A stretch of 64,000 nt of DNA, taken from positions 640,001 through 704,000 of the forward strand of contig CAWHHI010000004.1 of NCBI GenBank assembly GCA_963829055.1. Reading direction: 5' to 3'. Shown here in pieces: positions 11,640 to 23,787 of the stretch (its first letter is position 1; every line of letters starts with the position of its first letter). Source of the stretch: an uncultured Gemmatimonadaceae bacterium. Lineage in GTDB: Bacteria; Gemmatimonadota; Gemmatimonadetes; Gemmatimonadales; Gemmatimonadaceae. The notes beneath the pieces are model-generated. The model saw only the letters and a list, made by a program, of their open reading frames with translations. It ran no database searches and was not told the DNA's origin. Made by a program: the position numbers and the translations under genes.

Positions 11640-12569
11640 GTGAAGCGTGGACCGCGCCGTGGATCCGCACCGACCGTGTCGGTCGTGGTTGCGTCCAATC
11701 GCGACAAGACACTCCTGCACGCCTGCCTCGGGTCGTTGCTCGGTCAGTGTCAGCGAATGAACGCCGAGTTGCTGGTCGCTCGTGCTGGTGCCCCGTCGAC
11801 GTCGCAGCGCTCGCGAAGACATACCCATCGGTTCGGTTCGTGACCGCGCCTGTCGACGCCTCGATTCCGCAGCTGCGCGCTATCGGAATGGCTCAGGCGT
11901 CCGGCGACGTGGTTGCGCTCACCGAGGATCACTGCATCGCCGACGAGAACTGGGTCGAGGCACTGACGCTGAGCGCGAGCGGCGACGCCGACGTGGTCGG
12001 CGGCGGAATGGACAACGCGCGTCGGTCGCGAGCCGTCGACTGGGCGGCGTACTTCGCGGAGTACGGCTTCTTCTCGCCCGAGCGCCCGGAGCGTGCCGAA
12101 GGTCCGCCGCTGCTCACGGGCGCCAACGTTGCGTACAAGCGTCACGTCATTGCCGACGTCATCGGGTGGGCGCAGGATGGCGAGTGGGAGAACGTCGCGC
12201 ATACGCGTCTCGTGGCGCGCGGCAGCATGCTTCGTTTCGCGCGGACCGCCGCGATCTATCAGAATCAGACCTACAGCGTCGCTGCGTTCTGCGCGGATCG
12301 CTACGAGCATGGGCGTGACTACGCCCGAAAACGGCTCGTCGAGGATCCAGAACGCCAGTCGCTGGTTTCTGCTGGCGGCGAGTCCGCTGCTGCCGGCGCT
12401 CCTCACCTGGCGCGTCGCGCGCGCCTCGGCACGTTCCCGCTGGGGCACGTTTCTCCGCGCGCTCCCGGCGACGGTGCTTTTCCTGACGGCATGGTCGGTC
12501 GGCGAGGCCGTCGGATATCTGCGCGGACCGTCGGATGGCTCCGCGCCGAAGCCGGCAGGCGATGACTGA
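11640..12569 (+). CDS. Glycosyltransferase family 2, paralog 2 of 3, frameshifted
   Basis: TVSVVVAS, VVALTEDHC, DWAAYFAEYGFF, GANVAY, EWENVAH, WSVGEAVGY. Confidence 0.8.
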
Positions 12570-13457
12570 ACCATCGCTGACGGTCGTCGTGCCGTCGGTC
12601 AACGGCCTCGGCGACCTGATGGACTGTCTTGCCGCCCTCTCGAAGCAGCGAAGCGACGTCGATCTCGAGGTGCTCGTCGCCGACCGATGCGGCGAGCCGC
12701 TTCGCGCTGAGGTGCGTCGATCGTACCCGTGGGTGCGCATGCTGGAAGCGCCGGCGGGGACGACGATTCCCGATCTTCGTGCGCTCGCGTTTCGCCAGGC
12801 GACAGCGCGGTCGGTTGCGGTCATCGAGGATCACGTGATCGTGCCGCCCGGATGGGCGCGGGCACTCCTCGATGCACAGGCCGGTGGCGACATCGTCGTC
12901 GGCGGGGCGATCGAGAACGCCGCGGTGGATCGCGTCGTCGACTGGGCGGCGTTTCTGTGCGAGTACAGTCACTGCATATCCCCGCTGCCCGAAGGGCCTG
13001 CCGACTGGTTGACCGGAAACAACGTCGTCTATCCGCGCGAGTTGCTCGGGCGCTACGAGGAAGTCCTTGGACGGGGACAGTGGGAGAATCGACTGCACGA
13101 CGCGATGCGTCGTGACGGCGTCTCGCTGGTCTGCCGACCGCAGATCGCCGTGGGCCACAAGAAGCACTACACCGTGGGGGAGTATCTGTCGCAGCGATAT
13201 CTGTACGCGCGGTCGTACGCCGGGGCGCGGGTTGCCGACGCGTCGCTCGGAAGCGGCTGGGCTATGGTGCCGCCGCGCTGGCGCTCCCGCCGTTGCTCAT
13301 GTTTCGCACGGTGTCGCGCGTCGTGGCAAAGCGCCGCCACCGAGCGGAGCTGGTGCGGTCGCTGCCGTTGCTCGCTGTGTTCGTCGTGTCGTGGGCGTTC
13401 GGCGAGATGGTCGGCTACGTCGCCGGCCCCGGCGATTCGCTGGCCAAGGTCTGCTGA
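12562..13457 (+). CDS. Glycosyltransferase family 2, paralog 3 of 3, frameshift near 13250
   Basis: MTEPSLTVVVPS, VAVIEDHV, DWAAFLCEYS, GNNVVY, QWENRLH, WAFGEMVGY. Confidence 0.8.
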
Positions 13458-13668
13458 GATGGCTCTGATGCCTTACACGGGTGACGTGGTGGTCGCGTTG
13501 ACGACGCCGGGGTCGGTGGCGAACATGGACGAAGCGGAGCACGATTTCTGTCCGGTCATCAGCGAGTTCGACACCGACGCACGGCAGCGCTTCGGCGCGC
13601 CGCATCGGTGGGCGCGTTCGTCAGCGCTCACCGCGCTGGCCGGCGCGCCGGCGTTCGTCTAGCGCGCG

Positions 13669-14852
13669 ATGCGCATCGGCGTCGATGCGACGTGCTGGGC
13701 AAACGGTCGCGGTTACGGGCGCTTCGCTCGTGAGCTGCTTCGCGCCATGGTCAGTCGAGGGTGCGTCGCACGAGTTCGTGTGCTTCGTCGACGACCGCGC
13801 GGCGCGTTGCTTCGATCTCACCGGCGCCGGTGTGCGCATGGTCGTCGTGCCGCAGTCGGCGTCGCCGACGACCGCGGCGAGCGCCACCGGCAGTCGTTCG
13901 GTCGGCGACATGTGGCGAATGACGCGAGCGGTCGCGCGCGAGGAGCTCGACGTGTTTTTCTCGCCGTCGGTCTACACGTATTTCCCGCTGCCGCCATCGC
14001 TCGCCGCGGTGATCACGTTTCACGACGCGATCGCCGATCGCTTTCCCGAGCTCACGCTGCCGTCGCTCGCGCGCGCGACTCTTCTGGCGCATGAAGGTGC
14101 AGATGGCGCTGGCGCAGTCACGCATCGTGCTCACGGTGTCGGACTACGCGGCGTCACAGGTGAGCCAAGACGTTAGGCGTCGACCGCGAGCGCATTCGCG
14201 TGGCGGTGGAAGCGGCGGCGTCGGTCTACACGCCGAGCGAGTCGAGCGCGAGGACATTGTCACGGCGGCGCGCGCGTGCCGGGGTGCCCGACGGTCGGCG
14301 CTGGTTCACGTACGTGGGCGGCTTCAACCCGCACAAGCACGTCGACGCGATCGTGCGTGCGCACGCGACGCTCGTGCGCGACGTCGCCGATCCGCCGACT
14401 GCTCGTGCTCGTCGGCGCGCTCGACGACGATCCGTTCTTCGGCTCGCAGCAGCGCATCCGCGACGAGATCGCGCGGTGCGGCACGGGCGACCACGTTCGG
14501 TGGGCCGGCTACGTGCCGGACGACGAGCTGCGCCACCTGCTGTCGGGCGCGCTCGCGCTGGTCCTGCCGTCGGAATCGGAAGGGTTCGGGCTGCCCGCGG
14601 TCGAGGCCGCGGCGTGCGGCATTCCCGTCATCGCCACGACGCGAGAGCCCGCTCCCGCAGCTGCTCGACGGGCGGCGGCATCTTCGTCGCGCCCGGCGAC
14701 GAGGCGGCGTTAGGCGCCGCGATGCGGCGCTCGCGACCGACGAGCCGCACCGCGCGCGCTCGCCGCGGGCGCGCTGGCGCGCGGCGCGCGCGCTGAGCTG
14801 GACGTCGAGCGCGCGGCGGCGCTCGACGCGCTCGACGGAGGCGGCCGCGTGA
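13669..14852 (+). CDS. Glycosyltransferase family 4, several frameshifts
   Basis: MRIGVDATCWANGRGYGRF, YVGGFNPHKHV, LPSESEGFGLPAVEAAACGIPVI. Confidence 0.85.
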
Positions 14853-16132
14853 CCGGCGCGCTCCGCTTCTGCATGTTCTCGACGTTCTACCCGCCGTACA
14901 GCTACGGCGGCGACGGCATCACGCTCCAGCGGCTCTGTCGCGCGCTCGTGCGAGCCGGCCACGAGGTGACCGTCGTGCACGACGCCGACGCGTACCGTCG
15001 TTAGGCTACCCGCAGCCCGACGGCGGCCGCCGCCGACGACGGCGTCGATGTCGTGACGCTGCGCAGCTCGCTCGGGGTCCTGTCGGTCCTCCTGACGCTA
15101 CCAGTTCGGGCGTCCGGTGGTGCACGGCGCGGAAATCGAGGCGCTGCTCGCCGCGCGACAGCTTCGACGTCGTGCACTTTCACAACGTGTCGCTCGTCGG
15201 CGGTCCCGGACTGTTCGCGTCTCGCCCGCGGCGTCCGCGACCGTCTATACGGCGCACGAGCACTGGCTCGTCTGCCCCACGCACGTGCTGTGGCGCCATC
15301 GTCGCGAGCGCTGCACGGGCCGCGAGTGCTTCCGGTGCTCGCTGCACTACGGACGTCCGCCGCAGCTCTGGCGAAGCACGGGGCTGCTCGAGCGATCGCT
15401 CGACGACGTCGACACGTTCATCGCGCTCAGCGAGTTCAGTCGCGACAAGCATCGCGAGTTCGGATTCCCGCGCGACATGGAAGTGCTGCCGCCGATCGTG
15501 TTCGACGCGGATGCGGACACGATCGACGCGCCTGCGGTGAGCCCGCATCCGCGCCCGTACTTCTTCTACGCCGGCCGACTCGAGCGCATCAAGGGGCTCG
15601 ACGACGTGCGTGCCGCTGTTCCGCGATGCCGACGCGCCGGCCGACTTGCTGATCGCCGGGGCTGGGTCGCACGAGCGCGCGCTTCGAGCGCTCGCCGGCG
15701 ACTCGCCGCGCATTCGCTTTCTCGGCCACGTCAGGCCGGAGCGGCTCGCGCCGCTCTATCGGCACGCGATCGCGCACATCGCGCCGTCGGTCTGCTTCGA
15801 GACGTTCGGCAACACGCTGGTCGAAGCGTTCCGCCAGAGCACCCCGGTCATCGCGCGACGCATCGGCCCGTTCCCGGAGATCGTCGCGCACGCCGGTGGC
15901 GGTGAGCTGTTCGACGACGCCGACGACCTTCGCACGGCGCTCGACGCGCTTCGCGTCGGACCGAGCGACTATCGCGACCGGCTCGGCGCCGCTGGACGGC
16001 GCGCGTACGAGCCGACGTGGTCGGAGGAAGCGATCGTTCCGCGATATCTCGAGATCGTCGAGCGGACCATTGCGCGCCGGCGTTCGCCGGCCACGCTCGG
16101 CCGCGCCGGCGGTCGCGGTCACGTAGGCCTGA
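14849..16132 (+). CDS. Glycosyltransferase family 4, several frameshifts
   Basis: STFYPPYSYGGDG, YTAHEHWLVCP, YAGRLERIKG, PSVCFETFGNTLVEAF. Confidence 0.8.
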
Positions 16133-16133
16133 C

Positions 16134-16885
16134 GTGCGCGCGATCCTCACGTATCACTCGATCGACGAATCGGGATCCGTGATCTCGATCTCCGAGAGCG
16201 TATTTCGCGGTCACGTCACGTGGCTCGCGCGGAGCGCCGTGCGCGTCGTCTCGCTCGATACGCTCATGCGATATGCCGAGCGACGCGAACGCGGTTGCGC
16301 TGACGTTCGACGACGGGTTCGTCAACTTCGGCGACGTCGCCGCACCGCTGCTCGCCGATCACGGGATGCCGTCGACGCTGTTCGTCGTGTCGACGCCGCC
16401 GGAAAGACGAACCGGTGGCCAGGGCGCGCCGACCGCGGCGTTCCGGAGCTGCCGCTGCTCGAACTGGGACGCGCTCGGTCGTCTCGGCGCCCAGGGCGTC
16501 GAGATCGGTGCGCACACGCGCACGCACGTGAACGTCGCGCGCCTAACGAATGCGGCATCTCCGGACGAGATCGTTGGCGGCGCCGAGCGCATCAGGACGG
16601 AGCTCGGATATGACGCCGGCGGCGTTCGCGTATCCGTACGGCGCCGTGAGCAACGCGGCCGTCGGAATCGTCGCGTCACGATTCGCGTGGGGTTGTACGA
16701 CCGACATGCGGTGCGGTGTCGGCGAACGAGGCGCGCGCGCTCCTGCCGCGCATCGACATGTTCTATCTCCGCGAGCCCGGGCAACTCGAACGATGGGGAA
16801 CGGCCAGATTCCGGTATCATCTGAGGCTGCGCGCCGGCGCGCGACTCGTGCGGCGGCGTCTTCCTCGCTGACGGGGGACCGATGA
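16134..16885 (+). CDS. Polysaccharide deacetylase (NodB/CE4), frameshifted
   Basis: ILTYHSID, VALTFDDGF, EIGAHTRTH, FAYPYG. Confidence 0.88.
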
Positions 16886-17998
16886 ACACGACGACGCCGT
16901 TCATGTCGGTCATCGTGCCCGTCTACCAGGGCGCGCGCGTGCTGCCACGTTGCCTCAGCGCGCTGCGCGCGAGCGACATGCCGCGAGGGATCGTGGGAGC
17001 TCATCATCGTCGATGACGCGAGCACCGACGCGACCGCGCTCATTGCGGCCGAGTTCGCGGACGCCGTCGTGCGTCTCCCGGACCGGCCGCGCGGGCCCGC
17101 CTACGCGCGCAACCGCGGCGTCGAGGTGGCGCGCGGCGAGATCGTGGTGTTCGTCGACGCCGACGTGTGCGTCCACACCGACACGCTCCGGACGCTTCAC
17201 CTCCGTGTTCACGAACGAGCCGGATGTGAGCGCCGTGTTCGGCGCCTACGACACGCAGCCGGAAGCGCCGCAGCTCGTGTCGCAGTACCGCAACCTGCTC
17301 CACCACTTCGTCCACTCGCAGAGTGCCGGAGAGGCGGAGACGTTCTGGGGTGGGTGCGGCGCAATTCGTCGCGAGGTGTTCCTCGAGGCCGGCCGCTACG
17401 ACGAATGGTCCTACCCGCGTCCGCAGATCGAGGACGTCGAGCTCGGGCACCGCGTCCGCGCGCTCGGACACCGCATCCTGCTGCGGCCCGAAATCCAGTG
17501 CACGCACCTCAAACGCTGGACGCTGCGCGGCTGTCGTGACCGGCGACTTCCGCGATCGCGGCGTTCCCTGGACGCGCATGCTGATCCAGCAGGGGCTCGC
17601 GACGAAGTCGCGCACGCTCAACCTGCGCACGGTCGAGAAGCTGAACACGGTGCTCGTCTGGGTCGTCGATGCTGGCGCTGCTCGGCGCGGCGATCTGGCG
17701 CATCGTGGATGCCGGCGATCTGGGCCGGCGTCGCGTTCTGCGATCGTGATCGATTCTCAACCGCGCGCTCTACGGCTTCTTCATCCGCACGCGCGGCGTT
17801 CTGTTCGCGCTCGCGGTCGTGCCGCTGCACACGCTGTACTACCTCAACAACGGGTTCGCGGTGCTGTACGGGTGGGCGCTCCATCACCTGTTCGGAGAGC
17901 CGATGCCCGACGCGACGACGCAGGCGTATGCGGAGGTCGGCGTCGACATGTGGCCACCGGTGCCATCGAAGAAGCCCGAGCGGGAGACGCAGCGGTGA
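16882..17998 (+). CDS. Glycosyltransferase family 2, frameshifted
   Basis: MSVIVPVYQG, IIVDDASTD, GPAYARNRG, VFVDADV, FWGGCGAIRR, IEDVELG. Confidence 0.85.
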
Positions 17999-18011
17999 GC
18001 GCCGCGATCGC

Positions 18012-19030
18012 ATGGCGGTGCACGGCTCGTTAGGCGTCGCCTGCCCGCGGTGTCGGGGCGATCTCGCGCGCGGGCCGACGCGTTCGACTGTGAGCGCTGC
18101 GACGCGCACTTTCCCGTGGTGCTGGGCATTCGCCGATTTCCGTCTCGATCCCGATCCCGTGGATCGGCCTCGAGGACGATCGCGAGAAGGCCCGCCGCCT
18201 CGAGGAGCGGTTCGCGCGGTGCGTCGCTCGAGGCGATGGTGCGGACGTACTGGTCGATGACGCCTGGCACGCCGGCGGCGCAGGCCGTCGCGCTTCGTGC
18301 ATCACGTCATGCACGGCGTACGCGCGATCGCGCGAGTGGGTCGAGCGTCTCGAGCCGCCCGACGGTCGACCGTCGGGGCCGTGGCTCGATGTCGGCACGG
18401 GGACAGGCGACCTGGCGTCGTGCGGTCGCGGAGCACGGCATTCGTGCCGTCGGCGATCGACATCGCCATGCGATGGCTGGTCGTCGCGCGCCGCCGCGCG
18501 GAGCTCGCCGGCGTCACACGTCGATCTCATCTGCTGCAACGCCGAGCACTTGCCATTCGCCGATCGGCACGTTCGCGCGCGTCGTCTCGGTCGGAACGAT
18601 CGAGCATTGCGCGACGCCGAGCGGGCGCTCGGCGAAGTCGACGACGCGTGCTGGCGCGCGGCGGCGACGTCAGGCTTCGGACGGTGAATCGCTTCACCAT
18701 GCTGACCGAGCCGCACGTCGGGGTGTGGGGCGTCGGCTTCGTGCCGCGTCGGATGGCCGATCGGTACGTGCGCTGGCGCGGCGGTCAGGGCTACGCGCAC
18801 CACCGTCCACTGTCGTCGCGCGAGCTGCGACGCGGGCATGCGACGCGCGGGATTCAGCGCCGTGCGCGTCGAGCGCGGCGTCGCTGCTGCGCGACCGAGC
18901 GCGCACGGCTAGGCGGTGCTGCAGTGGGCGCGTCGGCGCGTACGAGCGGCGCGACGGCATTCCCGCTCGTCGAGCGCGCGCTTCGCGGCGTCGGCGCCGC
19001 TGCTCGAAGCGCAGTGGGGTCGCGGCATGA
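18012..19030 (+). CDS. Class I SAM methyltransferase with N-terminal Trm112-like CxxC segment, heavily frameshifted
   Basis: ACPRCRGDL, CERCDAHFPVVLGI, WLDVGTGTGDL, CCNAEHLPF pieced across frames. Confidence 0.65.
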
Positions 19031-19854
19031 CTGCGCCACGCATCTTCACGCCGGAGTACTACGCGCGCATGCGCGAGCTCGAGGCTGGCAGCTGGTGGAA
19101 CGCCGCGATGCGCGACATCGCGGCAATGCTGCTCAACGACGTTCAGCTGCCTGCAGCGGCACGATACTCGACGTCGGATGCGGGTCGGGCCAGACGCTCG
19201 CGTGGTTCAGTCAGCGGTTCGGCGCATGGCGGACACTCGGCTGCGACATCTCGCCGGACGCGGTGACGGCCGCCGCGACGGCTCGGGGTTCGAGATCACG
19301 CGGGCATCGGCGCTCGCGCTCCCGTATCCGTCCGGCACCGCGGACGTCGTCATCTCGCTCGACGTGCTGCAGCACGTCCCACTTGGCGGCGGGGACGTGA
19401 CCGCGCTTCGCGAGATGCGCCGCGTCCTCAAGCCAGGTGGGTGGCTGTTCGTTCGGACGAACGCACAGAGCTTTCCGGCGACCGCGGACGATCACGAGTA
19501 CCAGTTCCATCGCTACGAGCCGCGCGAGCTACAGCGACAAGCTGGCGGCAGTCGGCTTCGAGGTGCGTCGTCTGAGTCGCGTGAACGCTCTGCTCGGGTC
19601 TGGCGGAGATTCCGCGTGAGCTGCGCGCGCGGCGCGTGCAGGCGGCGGACTATCATGGCATTCTCGCGACGAGCAACGGTCATGCGTCGTGGACGTCTGC
19701 GGCGAAGCGGGCGTGGGTTCGTCTCGAGGGGCGGCGGTTCGGCGCGGCGTTAGGCTTCCGGCCGGCCGCACCATTGTCGCCTTGTGCCAGGCGCCCGACA
19801 GTCGATGAATCGCACTTGCCCACGTGCGACCGGACGGAGATCCGAGCAGCGTGA
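19027..19854 (+). CDS. Class I SAM methyltransferase, frameshifted
   Basis: ELEAGSWW, ILDVGCGSG, SLDVLQHV, LREMRRVLKPGG. Confidence 0.8.
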
Positions 19855-21101
19855 CCGCCATCGCGAGGTCTCGCGACAACGACGGCCCGGCTGCTGTCGC
19901 GCACCCGTTGGCGCGACGCCTCGCGGTCGTCGGGCCTGAAGAGGAGCTGTTGCTGCTCACCGCCGGCGGCGTCGCCAATGACGATGCCATTCGCGTCGCG
20001 CGGTGGCGACATCAACTGGGCGCGGTTCCTCGGACTCGCACAGCTCGAGCGTGCGGTGCCGGTGATTTTCCCTCGTCTGCCGACCCTGGTTGGTGACGCC
20101 CTCCCGACGACCGTGCTCGATCAGATGCGCCGAGCTCGCGCTCGTCTCGGATTTCGCGATGCTGCACCTCGAGACGCGGCTGCGTGAGTCGTTGAGCGTG
20201 CTGCACGGCGCCGGCGTCCGCGTGATGCTGCTCAAAGGTGCCGCGCTGGCGCACACAGTGTATTCCGGCGTTCGACAGCGGCCGATGTCCGACCTCGACC
20301 TGCTGGTCGATGCCAGCAATGCGCGCCTCGCTCGCCGCGTGATGCTGTCCGCGGGATGGCGCGAGATCGTCGGTGGCATACCAGACAGCGTGTACGATCG
20401 CCATCACCACCTGCCTCCGCTTCACGACACGAGGTCGCCGGACCTGCAGCTCGAGATTCACACGGCGCTGTTTCCGGAGCGGCAGCCGTTCGCGTTCGAC
20501 GCCCGCGACCTCTGGGCCTCTGCTCACCCGTTAGGCAAGGGATTCCCCGAGGCATACACGCCGGATGCGATTCACTCGCTTCTCCACGCCAACCTCCACT
20601 TCCTGTGGTCGCACCAGGGACGGTTCGGCGTCTGGCGAACCATGCGCGACGTCGATGCGCTTACTCGCAGGCGACGCCATCGACTGGGACGCATTCGTCA
20701 GAACCGCGAAAGCCAGTCGTGGCGCGACGGCGTGTTACTGGACGTTTCGAATCGCGACACTGACTGCCGGTATTGCAATTCCCGACGTCGGTGATGGCGG
20801 CTCTCCGGCCCCCGCGAAGTCGCTACGTCCTTCAGGCGATCGAGCGACACTTCCTGAAGAACCTCTTCCCGGTCGAATTCGCGTGTCCTTCCGTCGCTCT
20901 GGATCACGCGCTGTGGGAGCTGGCGGTGATGCCCGGTTGGAGCGGACACGGCGAGGTCCGACCGTGGGACGAGGAACCCGACTTCGTGGTGCCGGGCGAG
21001 GCAGTCGGAAGCCGTCGCGCATTCTTCCGAAGAGGGAGCGAGTGCGTCGGCTGCTCGCCTCTCCTGGATACATCCGCACGCTGCTGCGCTCTCGTAGCTG
21101 A
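19851..21101 (+). CDS. Nucleotidyltransferase family protein (NTP_transf_5-like), frameshifted
   Basis: LLKGAALAHTVY, RPMSDLDLLV, LEIHTALF. Confidence 0.85.
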
Positions 21102-21297
21102 TTTCCGGGATCGAGAGTTCGTCGCACTCTGGCTCTCGCGGCACAACGCCACAACTATGGCGTATCGTCAACGGTTGTGTCGCGAGTGCGCAACTCTCCC
21201 GGAGAGACGTCGTGGCTGCTAGCGTAACTGCTGACGCGAAGTCTTCCCACGCGACGAGTTAGGCCTCTGCGCGACCGTCGACCGCAATGCCAGTCTG

Positions 21298-21313
21298 CGG
21301 CACGCACGCTGCT
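21298..21313 (+). promoter_or_regulatory. Candidate sigma54 promoter for the lasso cyclase
   Basis: CGGCACGCACGCTGCT, close to consensus TGGCACG-N4-TTGCW. Confidence 0.5.
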
Positions 21314-21515
21314 ATTACCGAGCCCGCGATGGGGCAGTCGCAACTCGCGTACTGAAGCTCCCCAATAGTCATAGTCGAGGCGGCCCGTCGGTCTGGTTCG
21401 TTCAGCACGCTCGTTCGGATCTGACGGTCAGCCGGCGCTGCTCACCAGCAGCGCTCCGTCTTTGTCTGCGCGACGCGGTGGCAAGGTGCACGCGTGATTC
21501 TAGCGTCGAGCGTCA

Positions 21516-23399
21516 ATGAGTGGATTTGTCGCGATCGTTGATCCGAGCAAGCGGCTCCTCGCGGAGGCGAGCGTCGCGCGCATGCTCGGCGCGCTGGCGC
21601 CGCGCGGTGATCGCTCAGAGGTCAAGCGCGACGGCGAGTGCGTGCTTGCTGTCACTCGATTCGAGTGGGAGCTCGCCGATGGGTTTTCCGGACCGACTCT
21701 TCTCGTCACCGACGGCGACCTGAGCGTGGTCGCGGACGCGAGCGTCTACTACCGCGATGACCTCCTGCGATCACTCCACGGGGCGGGCGTGCGCCCAGCC
21801 GGTTCATCGGTCGCCCACCTCATCGCCGCGGCCTATCGTGCGTGGGGCAGTGATTGCACGAAGTATCTCGAAGGTGATTACTCGTTCGTTATCTACGACC
21901 ACAAGCAGCGTCGAACGTTCGCGGCGCGCGACTTCCTGGGTCGTCGACCGCTCTACTTCGTCGAGATCGGCGACGCGCTGTTGGTGTCGTCGTCCGTGAG
22001 CGCGATCGTGGCGCACCCGGCCTGTTCGACGGAGCTCGACGACGTTGCGCTCGCCGAGTTCGTTTGTGTGAGTCTCGCCGGGGCCTCGACGCACACCATA
22101 TCGCGCGGTGAGCGCGGTCCCGCCGGCCACGTGGCTCGATCCGCGACGCGCTGGGGCACGCCCGGACGCACCAGTATTGGCGTCTCGACCTTAGCGACAG
22201 TGCAGACGCCGAGTCGTTCGATGCGGCGAGTGAAGAGCTCGGCGACCTGTTGGGTAACGCGATCGTCGAACGACGTGCGCTGGCCGGCCCCACGACGATC
22301 TGGCTGAGCGGCGGGTATGACTCGCCGGTGATGTTCGGCGTCGGCAATGCAGCACTCGACCGTCTTGGTCTCGGTCGACTTGGCCCCGGTGTCGTTCAGC
22401 TACCCTGTCGGCGATGCGGGGCGAGAGGACGAGCTGATCGAGGAGATCACGAATTTCTGGGCAACACAGCCGACGTGGCTGTCGATCGATGACGTTCCGC
22501 TGCTCGCCGAACGCAGCGCGAGACGCTGCCCGTGCCGACGTTCCGTTCCAGCACGCCTTCGAGAACTGGCTTCGTGCGTTGTTAGGCGCCACCGCACGCG
22601 CGGGCTCGCGCGTCGCGCTCTATGGCGACGGTGGCGACCAGCTGTTCGCGGTGTCGACGGTGTTTCTCCGCGATCTGTTCGGTTCGCTGAAATGGCGCGA
22701 GTTGCGGCGTGAGTGGCGGGCGTTCGGCGGCGGCGGGGCGCGGGCGCTGTGGAACTATGTGGCTCGACCGGTTGTTGCCGAGCGAGTGCGGGCGGTGCGA
22801 GGGAAGAGCGGGCCACAAACGTCGTTTCCGGATTGGGTCAGCCGTGAGTTCGTGGCGACGACATTCGTTGGAGCGGCTGGAGGCCGAAGCGGAAGCGGCG
22901 CTCGAAATGACGAAGGAGGACAGGCGGCCACCGAGACGCGCCGGTCGCTTGGCAACCCAATGGTCACGCGCGTGTCGCGGCTTTCTCGGGTCTCGGCACT
23001 GGAGCACGGAGTGGAGCTCCGGGCGCCCTTGTTCGATCGGCGCATCGTGCGAGTTCGCGCTGCGGCGTCCTCGTCGGGAACGCGCATCAGCGGGCGCTGT
23101 CAAACACTTGCTTCGACGCTGCGCGCGCGACGTCTTGCCGCCAAGTGTGCTGGCGCCCGCGTAAGGCAAAGACCGGAGTGCTCACGGACTATTTCGCGCG
23201 ATCTTTTCGCGCTGATCCGAACGGGCTAGTGAGTGACGTTCTGACGCGATCCATTCTTGCGCAGCGCGGCATTGTTGATGGTGCGGCAATGCAACAGGCG
23301 TGGCATGAATACAAGACTCGCGGGGCCGGCGCGGGTGGATATTTGTTCTTGCTTTTCAGATTGAACTTTGGCTTCGTGCCCGTGTTCCTAACGCGGTAG
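21516..23399 (+). CDS. Asparagine-synthetase-like lasso peptide cyclase (C protein), frameshifted
   Basis: Starts MSGF with no Ntn Cys; ARDFLGRRPLYF, WLSGGYDS (PP-loop), LYGDGGDQLF, ELRAPLFDRRIV; directly upstream of a lasso precursor. Confidence 0.82.
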
Positions 23400-23488
23400 T
23401 TACACCCGTAAATGCAGATCAATGGCTCAGAGTGCCAGCGGCAGGGTTCGTGCAGTAACCACTGTCGGTGTGGTTCACCACGTCCGGC

Positions 23489-23504
23489 AGGCCGCGGGCT
23501 TGCA
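23489..23504 (+). promoter_or_regulatory. Candidate sigma54 promoter for the precursor gene
   Basis: AGGCCGCGGGCTTGCA (GG-N10-GC, TTGCA), 66 bp before the ATG. Confidence 0.4.
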
Positions 23505-23569
23505 CCTACGGCCACACCGGTCGTAATTTGCCGGGAATTCCCGGAAAAACACCTCTCTTGGGAGGGTTC

Positions 23570-23689
23570 ATGTACCAGGCACCCAAACTCGAGCGTTTGG
23601 GCTCGTTCCGCGAGATCACTCTCGGCGGTGGCGAATTCAATCCCGGCGACGGAACGAACGCGTTTCATCGCTACTCGCCGAACGGCTAA
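23570..23689 (+). CDS. Lasso peptide precursor, 39 aa: MYQAPKLERLGSFREITL-GGGEFNPGDGTNAFHRYSPNG
   Basis: GGAGG RBS at 23561; leader YxxPxLxxxG with Thr at -2; core begins Gly with Asp at position 9; followed by a terminator. Confidence 0.9.
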   Translation: MYQAPKLERLGSFREITLGGGEFNPGDGTNAFHRYSPNG

Positions 23690-23697
23690 CGCTCTAG

Positions 23698-23737
23698 CGG
23701 CGGGGGAGGCTGAAAGCCTCCCCCGCCGGCCTTTTTT
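23698..23737 (+). terminator. Intrinsic terminator after the precursor
   Basis: CGGCGGGGGAGGC-TGAAA-GCCTCCCCCGCCG then a T6 run. Confidence 0.9.
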
Positions 23738-23787
23738 CCCACCTCGTCGCGCCCTAACAATTTCTGCGTTGCCCAGGCGTCTCTCCC

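Noticed and set aside
13459..13662. 67-aa ORF between GT genes (MALMPYTGD...) as a second RiPP precursor
   Set aside because: No lasso leader motif and no recognisable feature; it may be a real small gene but I cannot support a call.
23468..23689. 73-aa version of the precursor in the ORF track
   Set aside because: The GGAGG RBS and leader motif place the start at ATG 23570.
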